From an uncultured Brachymonas sp. (GTDB lineage: Bacteria; Pseudomonadota; Gammaproteobacteria; Burkholderiales; Burkholderiaceae_C), in contig CAYPRU010000002.1 in assembly GCA_964413485.1 (NCBI GenBank), positions 146,748 through 210,747 of the forward strand: a DNA stretch of 64,000 nucleotides, read 5' to 3'. The translations under genes were made by a program, and so were the position numbers. Under the pieces are notes generated by a model that ran no database searches, was not told where the DNA came from, and was given only the letters and a program-made list of their open reading frames with translations. Shown here piece by piece: positions 17,442 to 26,942 of the stretch (the first letter of the stretch is position 1; every line of letters starts with the position of its first letter).

Positions 17442-18382
17442 AACAGCCATCCCATCGCATGTCCCGCGTTGTGCTGGGGGCCTCCCTGGGCGCCACGCTG
17501 CTGGTCAGCGGTTGCGCCACCGGCCCCAACGCCAATCCGCGCGATCCGCTCGAGCCCTGGAACCGGGGCATGTACAAGTTCAACGACGTGCTGGACAAGG
17601 GCTTGATCAAGCCGGTGGCCACCGTGTATGACACTGTCACGCCCAACCCGGTGCAGCGCGGCGTGCGCAACGTGTTCAACAACCTGAGCGACGCCTGGTC
17701 GGCCATCAACAGCGCGCTGCAGGGCAAGGGCCAGGAGGCCATGAACAACTTCTCGCGCGTGATGGTCAATACGCTGTTCGGTCTGGGCGGCATGCTGGAT
17801 GTCGCCACCGAGGCGCAGATCCCGCGCGTCAAGCAGGATTTCGGCCTGACGCTGGGCAGTTGGGGGGTGGGTACCGGCCCCTACGTGGTGTGGCCGGTGC
17901 TGGGCCCGTCCACGGTGCGTGACACGGTGGCGCTGCCGGTGGACATGTATGGCGACCCGATCGGCGCCGTCAACCATACCCGCACGCGCAACCAGGTAGT
18001 GGGCCTGAATCTGGTCAGCCGCCGTGCCGAGCTGCTCGAGGCAGGCGACTTGCTGGAGCAGTCCGCGCTGGATCCATACACTCTGATGCGTGATAGCTAT
18101 CTGAAAGTGCGTGACAGCCGCGGTAGCGCTGCGGCAGCCGGCGCAGACAGCGAGGGCTACGAGCCGCCGCCGGAAGGCATGGACGGCGCCGCTGCAGCGC
18201 CGCAGTCTGCCGCATCCGGCGCTGCCACGGCGCCGCAAGAGGCAGCGTCGCAGGCGGGCTCTGGCTCACGCAACGAAAGCAGCCTGCACCGGGGTGCCAC
18301 CCCCTACACCGTGCCGGCGGTGCCGACCGAAATCATCCAGAAAATCGATTCCAATATGTCGCCCAACCTGTGGCGCAAGTGA
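17438..18382 (+). CDS. mlaA: VacJ/MlaA lipoprotein with low-complexity C-terminal tail
   Basis: Lipobox VSGC, DPLEPWNRGMYKFN, DFGLTLG, GPSTVRD, DPYTLMRDSYL. Confidence 0.93.
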   Translation: MKQPSHRMSRVVLGASLGATLLVSGCATGPNANPRDPLEPWNRGMYKFNDVLDKGLIKPVATVYDTVTPNPVQRGVRNVFNNLSDAWSAINSALQGKGQEAMNNFSRVMVNTLFGLGGMLDVATEAQIPRVKQDFGLTLGSWGVGTGPYVVWPVLGPSTVRDTVALPVDMYGDPIGAVNHTRTRNQVVGLNLVSRRAELLEAGDLLEQSALDPYTLMRDSYLKVRDSRGSAAAAGADSEGYEPPPEGMDGAAAAPQSAASGAATAPQEAASQAGSGSRNESSLHRGATPYTVPAVPTEIIQKIDSNMSPNLWRK

Positions 18383-18560
18383 TGCGGTTTTGTAACCGGG
18401 CTGCCCGATCCTGCAACTGCGCATGACCAGGACATGGTCCCGGTTGCAGGCTGTTGCAGTTGCGCTGGCGGGGCGCTGCAATTCCTGCGAAGATCTGTCC
18501 GATACCTTTCCATGCTGCCTTGGATGCGGCATGCCGCCTGATTCCCAAGGAGAAACAACA

Positions 18561-19211
18561 ATGATGAATCGCCGTTCCCTCGCACTGAACCTGACCCGTA
18601 TCGCTGGCGCAGCCATGCTGGCTGGCGCCGTTTCCCTGCCCGCCATGGCGGCCGACATGGCTCCCGATGGCATGGTCAAGCAGGTGTCCAGCGATGTGCT
18701 GGGCGCCATCAAGGCCGACAAGGCCATGCAAAATGGCGACGTGAACCGCATCATGGGCATGGTGGATGTCAAGCTGATGCCGCACGTCAACTTCGAGCGT
18801 GCCACCGCGTCGGCTGTGGGCCCCAAGTGGCGTGAAGCCAGCCTGGCACAGCGCCAGAAGCTGCAGGCCGAATTCAAGACCATGCTGGTACGTACCTACG
18901 CGGGCGCCTTCAAGATGGCCAAGGACCGCGACATCAAGGTGCTGCCCATGCGCGCCGGCGCTGCCAGCAGCAATGACGTGCTGGTGCGTTCGCAGCTGGT
19001 GGGGGGCAGTGAGCCGACCAACCTGGACTACCGCCTGCAGCGCACGCCAGGCAACGGCCTGGGCTGGAAGGTCTACAACATCAGCATTGCCGGTGTCTGG
19101 CAGATCGAGAGCTACCGCAACCAGTTCGCGCCCATCCTCAATACCAAGGGCATTGATGGCCTGATCACGGATCTGGCGGCGCAGAACAAGAAAAACGCTG
19201 GCGGCGTCTGA
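18561..19211 (+). CDS. mlaC: MlaC phospholipid-binding periplasmic protein
   Basis: Signal peptide; EFKTMLVRTYAGA, LDYRL, WKVYN, YRNQF; AAGGAG RBS. Confidence 0.9.
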   Translation: MMNRRSLALNLTRIAGAAMLAGAVSLPAMAADMAPDGMVKQVSSDVLGAIKADKAMQNGDVNRIMGMVDVKLMPHVNFERATASAVGPKWREASLAQRQKLQAEFKTMLVRTYAGAFKMAKDRDIKVLPMRAGAASSNDVLVRSQLVGGSEPTNLDYRLQRTPGNGLGWKVYNISIAGVWQIESYRNQFAPILNTKGIDGLITDLAAQNKKNAGGV

Positions 19212-19501
19212 TGCCAGCCGCTGCCATGCAATTGCCTGCCCAGCTGACGGTGGCCAATGCGGCGGCCGTTAGCCGTGCGCTGCTGGCGCAGGTGTCGGCT
19301 GCCCGGAGCCCGGTTGTGCTGGACGCCTCCGCCCTGCAGCAGTTTGATTCGGCGGCACTGGCTGCCCTGCTGGAGTTGCAGCGCGCCCTGTCGGCACGGG
19401 GTGCCGGCCTGCAGGTGGTTCAGGTGCCGCAGCGTCTGAATGAGCTGGCACATCTGTATGGGGTGGATCAACTGCTATGGCCGCAAGCCGCGCAAGCGTG
19501 A
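19211..19501 (+). CDS. mlaB: STAS-domain protein MlaB
   Basis: LDASALQQFDSAALAALL, LAHLYGV; last gene of the mla operon. Confidence 0.88.
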   Translation: MPAAAMQLPAQLTVANAAAVSRALLAQVSAARSPVVLDASALQQFDSAALAALLELQRALSARGAGLQVVQVPQRLNELAHLYGVDQLLWPQAAQA

Positions 19502-19512
19502 CCGGAACCCCG

Positions 19513-19555
19513 CCCCCATGTAAAACGCGCCCCCGAGGCGCGTTTTACATGGGGG
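19513..19555. terminator. Long perfect hairpin between convergent genes
   Basis: CCCCCATGTAAAACGCGCC-CCCGA-GGCGCGTTTTACATGGGGG (19-bp stem); no long U-tract. Confidence 0.7.
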
Positions 19556-19567
19556 TTCAGGATGCCA

Positions 19568-19933
19568 TCAGGCCTTCTTTTTCTCTGCAGACTTGTCCTT
19601 GCCGGCAGAGGCTTCTTTGCTGGGTTTGGCGTCTGCCTTGGCCGCAGGTGCGCTGCTGTCTGTCGTGGTGCGCACGGCTTCGGCGGGGGTCACGGTGGCC
19701 AGGTACAGGGAGGCGTCGTACAGACGCGATTTGCTGGCGTAATGCCTGTCCAGCCGCCAATCGTGCAGGATTTCCAGCGCCAGCTTGAAGTTGCTGTAGT
19801 CCAGCAGGTAGATGTCGGTAATCGGAAAATCCACTTCCTTTTCGAGTGCCAGCACCAGCCGCGACAGCGTGATCGCAGCATCATGGCCCGGGTTGTTCTC
19901 GATGAATTTTCGCGCTTCTTTGATGGCCCGCAT
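19568..19933 (-). CDS. Hypothetical protein with Lys/Ala-rich tail
   Basis: MRAIKEARKFIE...LVLALE...DWRLDRHY; GAAAGA RBS-like upstream; host-like codon usage. Confidence 0.75.
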   Translation of the reverse strand: MRAIKEARKFIENNPGHDAAITLSRLVLALEKEVDFPITDIYLLDYSNFKLALEILHDWRLDRHYASKSRLYDASLYLATVTPAEAVRTTTDSSAPAAKADAKPSKEASAGKDKSAEKKKA

Positions 19934-20277
19934 GTGAAATCTTTCGTTCGTCGGAGTTGTTTTGTGCCCGGATCGACGGGGCGGCAGTTGCTGCACATTG
20001 CCACAGAAGTGACGTACTGGATGGCTAGAGAAAACCCCTATGCAGCAGTTTCGTAATTGATTGTAGGGGGTTTACGCGCCGGACAAAATACCGGGTCATA
20101 AAGCTGAAATGTACGTGTCACCGGTGCGAGGGCCGCTGCGCTTCGGGACAGGATTCTGGTTGCGGAGCATGCCGGGTGGCGCAGGAAAACCCTCCAGCCA
20201 CAGGGGTTCGGTCTGACGCTTGTCATCGTGTGTATTCCGTGCGTCGTTGTGTGCTGATTATGCGGTGCAACGGGCAC

Positions 20278-20303
20278 AAAAAAACCGCCTTATGGGCGGT
20301 TTT
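20278..20303 (-). terminator. Rho-independent terminator downstream of tRNA-Leu
   Basis: AAAAAAACCGCCT-TAT-GGGCGGTTTT, giving a U-tract on the minus strand. Confidence 0.8.
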
Positions 20304-20345
20304 CAGAGGGGATGCTTCGTGGTGCGAAGCATCAAAAGGCATATC

Positions 20346-20432
20346 TGGTGCCGGAGGCCGGAATCGAACCGGCACGGTGTCGCCACCGGCAGATTTTGAA
20401 TCTGCTGCGTCTACCAATTTCGCCACTCCGGC
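20346..20432 (-). tRNA. tRNA-Leu(CAA)
   Basis: Minus strand reads GCCGGAGTGGCGAAATTGGTAGACGCAGCAGA-TTCAAAA-TCTGC...GGTTCGATTCCGGCCTCCGGCACCA; long variable arm; encoded CCA. Confidence 0.97.
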
Positions 20433-20515
20433 AGGAGAAGTAAAATCAAGACGGCTATTATGACACAGCGCTGTCGCGTGACGGCGCTTTTACTATTTTT
20501 GCAAGCAGGTTTGCC

Positions 20516-21421
20516 ATGTCCAGCTATCCCACCATCGAACAATCCATCGGGCGTACGCCGCTGGCTGCCCTGCAGCGCATCCGGATCGAGGCCAACACGG
20601 CCGCGGGCAACGTCGTGCTGGCCAAGCTGGAGGGGGGGAACCCTGCCGGTTCGGTCAAGGACCGCGCGGCACTGTCCATGATCCGTTGCGCTGAAGAGCG
20701 CGGCCAGATCAAGCCCGGGGACGCCCTGATCGAAGCCACCAGCGGCAACACCGGCATCGCCCTGGCCATGGTGGCCGCCATCCGTGGTTACCGCATGATC
20801 CTGATCATGCCGGAAGACCTGAGCATCGAGCGTGCCCAGTGCATGCGCGCCTACGGCGCCGAGCTGATCCTGACACCGCGCAGCGGCGGCATGGAATACG
20901 CCCGCGACCTGGCCCTGCAAATGGAGCGCGAGGGCAAGGGTCTGGTGCTGGACCAGTTCGGCAACCCCGACAACGCGCTGGTGCACTACCAGACCACCGG
21001 CCCCGAGCTGTGGCAGGACACGCAGGGACGCATCACGCATTTCGTCAGCGCGATGGGCACCACCGGCACCATCAGCGGCGTGGCGCGCTATCTGAAGGAG
21101 CAGAATCCGGCGATCCGGATCATCGGCGCGCAGCCGGCTGAAGGTTCGCGCATACCGGGCATCCGCAAGTGGCCGGCCGAGTACATGCCCGGCATCTACC
21201 GCGAAGACTTGGTCGACGAGCTGGTCAGCGTGACGCAGGCCGATGCCGAGGACATGGCGCGCAAGTTGGCGCGTGAAGAAGGCATCTTCTGCGGCATTTC
21301 TTCGGGCGGGGCGTGCTGGGTGGCCCAGCAGGTGGCAGCGCGCGAGCGCAACGCCACCATCGCCTTTGTCGTGTGCGATCGTGGCGATCGCTATCTGTCT
21401 ACCGGCGTTTTCCCGGCATAA
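20516..21421 (+). CDS. cysM: Cysteine synthase B
   Basis: KLEGGNPAGSVKDR (PLP Lys), ATSGNTG, MGTTGT, IPGIRKWP, CDRGDRYLS. Confidence 0.95.
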   Translation: MSSYPTIEQSIGRTPLAALQRIRIEANTAAGNVVLAKLEGGNPAGSVKDRAALSMIRCAEERGQIKPGDALIEATSGNTGIALAMVAAIRGYRMILIMPEDLSIERAQCMRAYGAELILTPRSGGMEYARDLALQMEREGKGLVLDQFGNPDNALVHYQTTGPELWQDTQGRITHFVSAMGTTGTISGVARYLKEQNPAIRIIGAQPAEGSRIPGIRKWPAEYMPGIYREDLVDELVSVTQADAEDMARKLAREEGIFCGISSGGACWVAQQVAARERNATIAFVVCDRGDRYLSTGVFPA

Positions 21422-21424
21422 ATC

Positions 21425-21652
21425 ATGGAATTTGATACCGACATCGATACCAGCGGCATGCAATGCCCGCTGCCCATTCTCAAGGCCAAGAAGGCGCTGG
21501 CCGGCATGGACAGCGGCCAGGTGCTGCGCGTGACCACCACCGATCCCGGCGCCGAGCGCGATTTTCAGGCCTTTGCGCGCCAGACCGGCAACGAGTTGCT
21601 GGGGCAGCAAACCGAAAACGGCAAGCTGGTGCATTTCCTGCGCCGGCGCTAG
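21425..21652 (+). CDS. TusA/SirA-family sulfurtransferase
   Basis: DTSGMQCPLPIL, GQVLRVTTTDPGAERDF. Confidence 0.92.
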   Translation: MEFDTDIDTSGMQCPLPILKAKKALAGMDSGQVLRVTTTDPGAERDFQAFARQTGNELLGQQTENGKLVHFLRRR

Positions 21653-21696
21653 GTGCACTGACGCAAACGCGTAGCAAGCAACTGAAACACTGAACC

Positions 21697-22890
21697 ATGA
21701 ACCAACCCCTCCGGACAGCTCTGCTGCAGACCATGAACAAGCAGGCGGATGAATTCATCCGCATTCGCCGCGATATTCACCAGCATCCCGAATTGGGCTT
21801 CAAGGAACAACGCACCAGTGATCTGGTGGCGACCCTGCTGAGCGAATGGGGCTACACCGTGACACGCGGGCTGGGCCATACCGGCGTGGTGGGGCAGCTC
21901 ACGCGTGGCGATGGCCAGCGCCGGCTGGGCCTGCGTGCCGACATGGATGCGCTGCCGATTCACGAAACCACCGGTTCGCCCTGGGCCAGCCACCAGGCTG
22001 GGCTGATGCACGCCTGCGGCCATGACGGCCACACGGCCATGCTGCTGGCTGCCGCCCGCCATCTGGCGGAAAAGGGCGATTTCAGCGGCACGCTCAACCT
22101 GATTTTCCAGCCGGCCGAGGAAGGTCCGGGCGGTGCCGAAAAGATGATCGAGGATGGACTGTTCGAGTCTTTCCCCTGCGATGCCGTGTACGGCATGCAC
22201 AACATGCCAGGCCACCCGCCAGGCAAGCTGCTGCTGCGCGCCGGCGCTTCCATGGCCTCGGTGGACAACCTGGAAATCACGGTGCGCGGTTTGGGCGGCC
22301 ATGGTGCGTCGCCGCATTTGGCGGCTGATCCGGTCGTGGCTGCGTCGACCATCGTGCTGGGCCTGCAGACCATCGTCGCGCGCAATGTACCGCCGTTGCA
22401 GATGGCCGTGATCACGGTGGGGGCGTTTCTGGCTGGCGATGCCCCCAACGTGATTCCTGAATTCGCCACGCTGCGCATCAGCGTGCGTTGCCTGGACCGC
22501 GAGGTGCATACGCTGCTCAAGCGGCGCATTGCCGATCTGGTGCAGCAGCAGGCAGCCAGCTATGGGGTGCAGGCGGACATCCGCACCTTGTTGAGCTATC
22601 CGGTGCTGGTCAATACGCCCGCAGAAACCGAGTTTGCACGCCAGGTGGCGATCGAGCTGGTTGGGGCCGACAATGTGGAGCCGCAGGCCGAACCGCTGAC
22701 CGGCAGCGAAGACTTTGCCTGGATGCTGGAAAAGGTGCCGGGCAGCTATGTGCTGATCGGCAACGGCGACAAGGACAGTGGTGGCCACGGCGCCTGCATG
22801 GTGCATAACCCGAACTACGACTTCAACGACGACAACATCAGCGTGGGTTCGGCGTTCTGGGTGCACCTGACAGAGCGCTTCCTGCGCTGA
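21697..22890 (+). CDS. M20D amidohydrolase (hippurate hydrolase-like)
   Basis: HQHPELG, LRADMDALP, MHACGHDGH, FQPAEEG, GSEDF, HNPNYDFND. Confidence 0.93.
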   Translation: MNQPLRTALLQTMNKQADEFIRIRRDIHQHPELGFKEQRTSDLVATLLSEWGYTVTRGLGHTGVVGQLTRGDGQRRLGLRADMDALPIHETTGSPWASHQAGLMHACGHDGHTAMLLAAARHLAEKGDFSGTLNLIFQPAEEGPGGAEKMIEDGLFESFPCDAVYGMHNMPGHPPGKLLLRAGASMASVDNLEITVRGLGGHGASPHLAADPVVAASTIVLGLQTIVARNVPPLQMAVITVGAFLAGDAPNVIPEFATLRISVRCLDREVHTLLKRRIADLVQQQAASYGVQADIRTLLSYPVLVNTPAETEFARQVAIELVGADNVEPQAEPLTGSEDFAWMLEKVPGSYVLIGNGDKDSGGHGACMVHNPNYDFNDDNISVGSAFWVHLTERFLR

Positions 22891-22892
22891 TG

Positions 22893-22990
22893 CAAAAAAA
22901 AGCCCCAAGACCTTGGGTCTTGGGGCTGAATCCACCTTTTCGGAGGGTGGAGGAGACAACTATTGCATGAAACTGAATATGCAACAGTTG
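22893..22990 (-). ncRNA. Betaproteobacterial anti-Shine-Dalgarno sRNA (toxic small RNA-like)
   Basis: Minus strand: TAGAAT -10 (22993-22998), 5' hairpin, TGTCTCCTCCACCC...GGTGGATTC, then AGCCCCAAGACC/GGTCTTGGGGCT plus T8 terminator. Confidence 0.75.
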
Positions 22991-23162
22991 AAATTCTATC
23001 CTATCTCGTCTTTTTGAACACCTGTTCAGCCCGAAAAACCTAGGGAAAACGCGTAAAAAACCTCTCGATCTCGAAATTTGTTTCTTCTGTACAACGTTTT
23101 TCGGCGACTTGCCACAGGTCTGTCATGTTGGTGATGTGGTGAACGTGAAATGGCCAGGTAGC

Positions 23163-24410
23163 TTACCGGTAATTGCGCGCATCTTCGATCACCTTGCCGT
23201 CATTGGGCAGGCTGCCGGGGGCGCAGAATTGCACCTCCGCACGCAGCTTGGTCACCTCGCGCATGGCGTCGGCGATCGCCTGCCGCAGCGCGGCGCTGTG
23301 CTCGGTGCTTTCCACCTGCAGGGCCATCTGGTCGTTGGCCATCTCGCCACTGACCACCAGCCGCGCCCTGTGCACGGCCGGAAAGCGTTTGGCCACAATG
23401 GCCACCTGGCCCGGGTGCACGAACATGCCGCGTACCTTGGTGGTCTGGTCGGCGCGGCCCATCCAGCCCTTGATACGGCCGTTGGTGCGGCCGCTCGGGC
23501 ACTGCCCGGACAGCACGGCCGACAGGTCGCCGGTGCCGAAGCGGATCAGCGGATAGACCGGATTGAGCGTGGTCACCACCAATTCGCCTACCTCGCCTGC
23601 GTCGACCGGATCGCCAGTGCCTGGGCGCACGATTTCGACGATCACGTGCTCATCCAGCACCAGGCCCTCGCGTGCGCTGGTCTCGTAGGCAATCAGGCCC
23701 AGGTCGGCGGTGCCGTAACACTGGTAGCCCTGTACGCCGCGCTCGGCCAGCCAGTCGCGCAGGCTGGGGGGGAACGCTTCGCCGCTGAGCAGCGCCTTGC
23801 GCAGAAATGGCAGCGGCGTTCCCATTTCCTGAGCCTTTTCCACGATGATTTTCAGGAAGCTGGGCGTGCCGATATAGCCGGCCGGGCGCAGGTCGGCCAT
23901 GGCCTGCACCTGTTGCTCGGTCTGGCCGGTGCCTGCCGGAAATACGGTGCAGCCGAGCGCGTGGGCGCCGCTTTCCATCATCGAGCCGGCTGGCGTGAAG
24001 TGGTAGCTGAAACTGTTGTGTGCCAGGTCACCGCTGCGGAACCCCGCGGCAAACAGCGCGCGCGCCATGCGCCAATAGTCGCTGGCAGCGCCTTCGGGTT
24101 CGTACATTGGACCTGGGCTGGCAAATACGCGGCGCATGTGTGGGCCGAAACCGACGGCGCTGAAACCACCAAAGGGCGAATGCGCGCGCTGCGCCTGTTG
24201 CCGCTGCAGCAGCTCGGATTTGCGGATCACCGGCAGTTGCGCCAGGGCGGCGCGGCTGGTGATACTGGCGGCATCCACATCCGCCAGGGATGCGGCAAAG
24301 GCTGGCGCGTGCTGCCGGGCATGTGCGATGCGGGCCGGCAGGGCTGCCAGCAGGGCGGCTTCCCGTTCGGCCGGATCGCGGGTTTCGAGGGCATCAAGAA
24401 ATTGGGTCAT
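23163..24410 (-). CDS. Phenylacetate-CoA ligase family (AMP-binding) protein
   Basis: FASPGPMYEPEG, FSYHFTPAG, GTPSFL, YGTADLG, RFGTGDLS, KVRGMFVHP. Confidence 0.9.
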   Translation of the reverse strand: MTQFLDALETRDPAEREAALLAALPARIAHARQHAPAFAASLADVDAASITSRAALAQLPVIRKSELLQRQQAQRAHSPFGGFSAVGFGPHMRRVFASPGPMYEPEGAASDYWRMARALFAAGFRSGDLAHNSFSYHFTPAGSMMESGAHALGCTVFPAGTGQTEQQVQAMADLRPAGYIGTPSFLKIIVEKAQEMGTPLPFLRKALLSGEAFPPSLRDWLAERGVQGYQCYGTADLGLIAYETSAREGLVLDEHVIVEIVRPGTGDPVDAGEVGELVVTTLNPVYPLIRFGTGDLSAVLSGQCPSGRTNGRIKGWMGRADQTTKVRGMFVHPGQVAIVAKRFPAVHRARLVVSGEMANDQMALQVESTEHSAALRQAIADAMREVTKLRAEVQFCAPGSLPNDGKVIEDARNYR

Positions 24411-24553
24411 GGCGGTTCTCGGTGTCGGGGTTACAGGAGGGGCTGCATGAAACGTCCGGCTGTCGGCAGGGCGCAGCGATCCCGCCAGGGCACGCTGAGG
24501 TGCACTGGATGCGAGGGAGTCGGGGATGGTTGTGCCGGGGTGGCCGCCGGCGC

Positions 24554-25393
24554 TCAGGCCAGCCAGCGCTTGCGCCGCTTGTAGCTCTTGACGTTGCGGA
24601 AGCTCTTGCGTTCGCCGCCACCCATGCCCAGGTAGAACTCTTTCACGTCTTCGTTGCTGCTGAGGTCGGCGGCGCTGCCATCCATCACGATGCGGCCGCT
24701 TTCCATGATGTAGCCATAGTCGGCATAGCGCAGCGCCATGTTGGTGTTCTGCTCTGCCAGCAGGAAGGTGGTTTTTTCCTTGCTATTGAGGTCTTTCACG
24801 ATCTCGAACACCTCTTCCACGATCTGCGGCGCCAAGCCCATGGAGGGCTCGTCCAGCAATACCATGGCCGGGTTGCTCATGAGCGCGCGGCCGATGGCGC
24901 ACATCTGCTGTTCGCCGCCCGAGGTGTAGGCCGCCTGGCTGCTGCGGCGTGTTTTCAGGCGCGGGAAGTAGGTGTAGACCTTGTCCAGGTTGGCGGCGAT
25001 TTCGCCCTTGCTGGTGCGGGTGTAGGCGCCGGTCAACAGGTTTTCCTCGATCGTCAGGTGGGCAAAGCAGTGCCGGCCTTCCATCACCTGCACCACGCCG
25101 CGCTTGACCAGCTCGGCTGGAGAAAGATTCTGGATCTGTTCGCCGCGGTACTCGATGTGGCCCTTGGTGACCTCGCCACGCTCACCGGCGAGCAGGTTGG
25201 AGATGGCACGCAGGGTGGTGGTCTTGCCGGCGCCATTGCCGCCCAGAATGGCGACCACGCTGCCCTCGGGCACCGACAGCGAAACACCCTTCAGCACCAG
25301 GATAATGTGGTTGTAGATGACCTCGATGCCGTTGACGGACAGCAGCGGGGGCTGCGCGGCGGCGGGGTTGTGAATGGAGGTGGTGTCAGTCAT
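24554..25393 (-). CDS. LivF-like ABC ATPase
   Basis: GGNGAGKTT, SGGEQQM, LLDEPSMGLAP. Confidence 0.93.
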   Translation of the reverse strand: MTDTTSIHNPAAAQPPLLSVNGIEVIYNHIILVLKGVSLSVPEGSVVAILGGNGAGKTTTLRAISNLLAGERGEVTKGHIEYRGEQIQNLSPAELVKRGVVQVMEGRHCFAHLTIEENLLTGAYTRTSKGEIAANLDKVYTYFPRLKTRRSSQAAYTSGGEQQMCAIGRALMSNPAMVLLDEPSMGLAPQIVEEVFEIVKDLNSKEKTTFLLAEQNTNMALRYADYGYIMESGRIVMDGSAADLSSNEDVKEFYLGMGGGERKSFRNVKSYKRRKRWLA

Positions 25394-25469
25394 GGCACAG
25401 CGGAAGAAGAGGGGTTTGTGCGGGCGGGGCGCACCGGCCCGGGCGGACCGGTGCGCTGGCTGGAGGCCA

Positions 25470-26873
25470 TCAGCTGCAGGTAGCCGGGGTGATGTTCTTC
25501 TCCTTGGCGTACTTGTCGCCGTATTCCTTCACCAGCGGGTCGATCAGGGTCTTGTCGGACTGGTACCAGTCGGAAGTGACCTTCCACTTGCTGCCATCCC
25601 ACTGCACGATGCGCGCCCAGTCGTCGCCCATGTGGTTGGCGCAGCTGGTCTTGATCGGGCGCAGGATTTTGCCGAAGCCCAGCTCATCGAGTCGTTTCTG
25701 GTCCAGGTTCAGGTTTTCCAGGCCCCAGCGCACTTGCTCGGGCGTCATGACCTTGCCCTTGCCGAATTTCTCCTGGGCGGTGCGGATGCCTTCCACCTGC
25801 AGCATGGCGATGACCATGCCGCGGGTGTGGGCCAGCGCCCCCAGTTCCTTGGCGTCGGCTGCAGAGCCTTTGCCCTGGTCGTACAGCTTGGTCTTCACGT
25901 CGTCGTGCACGCGGTCATGCTCGGCGGTGTTGTGGATGGTGACGGCGTGGTAGCCCTTGGCGCTCTCGCCCAGGTCCTTCACATCGTGGTCGGAGCCGGC
26001 CCACCACACCGCGTACATCTTCTCGCGCGGGAAATTGGTGGCCTGGGCTTCGCGGATGGCGGCCGGGGTCATCACGCCAGCGCTCCACAGCAACACGTAG
26101 TCCGGCTTGTTCTGGCGCACCTGCAGCCAGGTGGATTTCTGTTCCACGCCCGGGGCGGTCACCGGCAGCAGCATCAGCTCGAAGCCTTCCTTGGCCGCGC
26201 GCTGCTGCAGCAGCAGGATCGGCTCCTTGCCATAGGGGGAGTCGTGGTAGACCAGGGCGATCTTCTTGCCCTTGAGGTTGCCGCCTTCCTTCTTCTTGAT
26301 GTCCTGCACGATGGAGTCGGCGGCGGTCCAGTAGGTGCCCAGCAGCGGGAAATTCCACTGGAAGACGGCGCCGTTGGCCGACTGGGACAGGCCGTAGCCA
26401 GGCGTTACCACTGGAATCTTGTCGCCGGGTGCCTTGTCGGTCACGGCAAAGGTGATGCCGGTGGACTGGGTGTCGAAGCTGGAGGCGCCGCTGCCTTGGC
26501 CCTTCAGGCGCTCGTAGCACTCGACCCCCTTGGCCGTTTCGTAACCGGTTTCGCATTCTTCGTAACCGATGGTCACGCCGTTAATGCCGCCATTGGCATT
26601 TACCAGCTTCAGATAGTCGAGCTTGCCATCGGCCCACGGCACGCCCAGCGGAGCAAACTGGCCGGTGCGGTAGGCCAGCAGCGGGATGAATTGCTGGCCT
26701 TCGGCCTTGGCGCCGGCCGCCGCAATCTTGGCCGTGGTGCCGCTCGGGGCGGCGCTGCCACTCGCCGCGGAAGCGCCGGCAGAGCTGGAGCCCTGCGGCT
26801 GGCAGGCGGCCAGTGCCAGCAGTGCGCAGGTAGCCATTGCAATCAGACCGGGACGGAAGAGGGTGGTGGTCAT
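25470..26873 (-). CDS. ABC substrate-binding protein (Liv/PBP1 type), with lipobox
   Basis: LAAC lipobox and Ser/Ala linker; GGINGV, CETGY, GVECYERLK, YHDSPYGKE. Confidence 0.9.
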   Translation of the reverse strand: MTTTLFRPGLIAMATCALLALAACQPQGSSSAGASAASGSAAPSGTTAKIAAAGAKAEGQQFIPLLAYRTGQFAPLGVPWADGKLDYLKLVNANGGINGVTIGYEECETGYETAKGVECYERLKGQGSGASSFDTQSTGITFAVTDKAPGDKIPVVTPGYGLSQSANGAVFQWNFPLLGTYWTAADSIVQDIKKKEGGNLKGKKIALVYHDSPYGKEPILLLQQRAAKEGFELMLLPVTAPGVEQKSTWLQVRQNKPDYVLLWSAGVMTPAAIREAQATNFPREKMYAVWWAGSDHDVKDLGESAKGYHAVTIHNTAEHDRVHDDVKTKLYDQGKGSAADAKELGALAHTRGMVIAMLQVEGIRTAQEKFGKGKVMTPEQVRWGLENLNLDQKRLDELGFGKILRPIKTSCANHMGDDWARIVQWDGSKWKVTSDWYQSDKTLIDPLVKEYGDKYAKEKNITPATCS

Positions 26874-26942
26874 GGGTTGTCTCCAGGAGTAATTATGGGA
26901 TGAAAGAAGCAGGAGCGGACAGGGAACAGGGGCAGCGTGGCA

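Noticed and set aside
19934-20345. tRNA-Leu as an island insertion site
   Set aside because: No integrase and no duplicated tRNA 3' end seen; an ordinary terminator follows.
20223-20426. 67-aa ORF
   Set aside because: Merely a translation through the tRNA gene.
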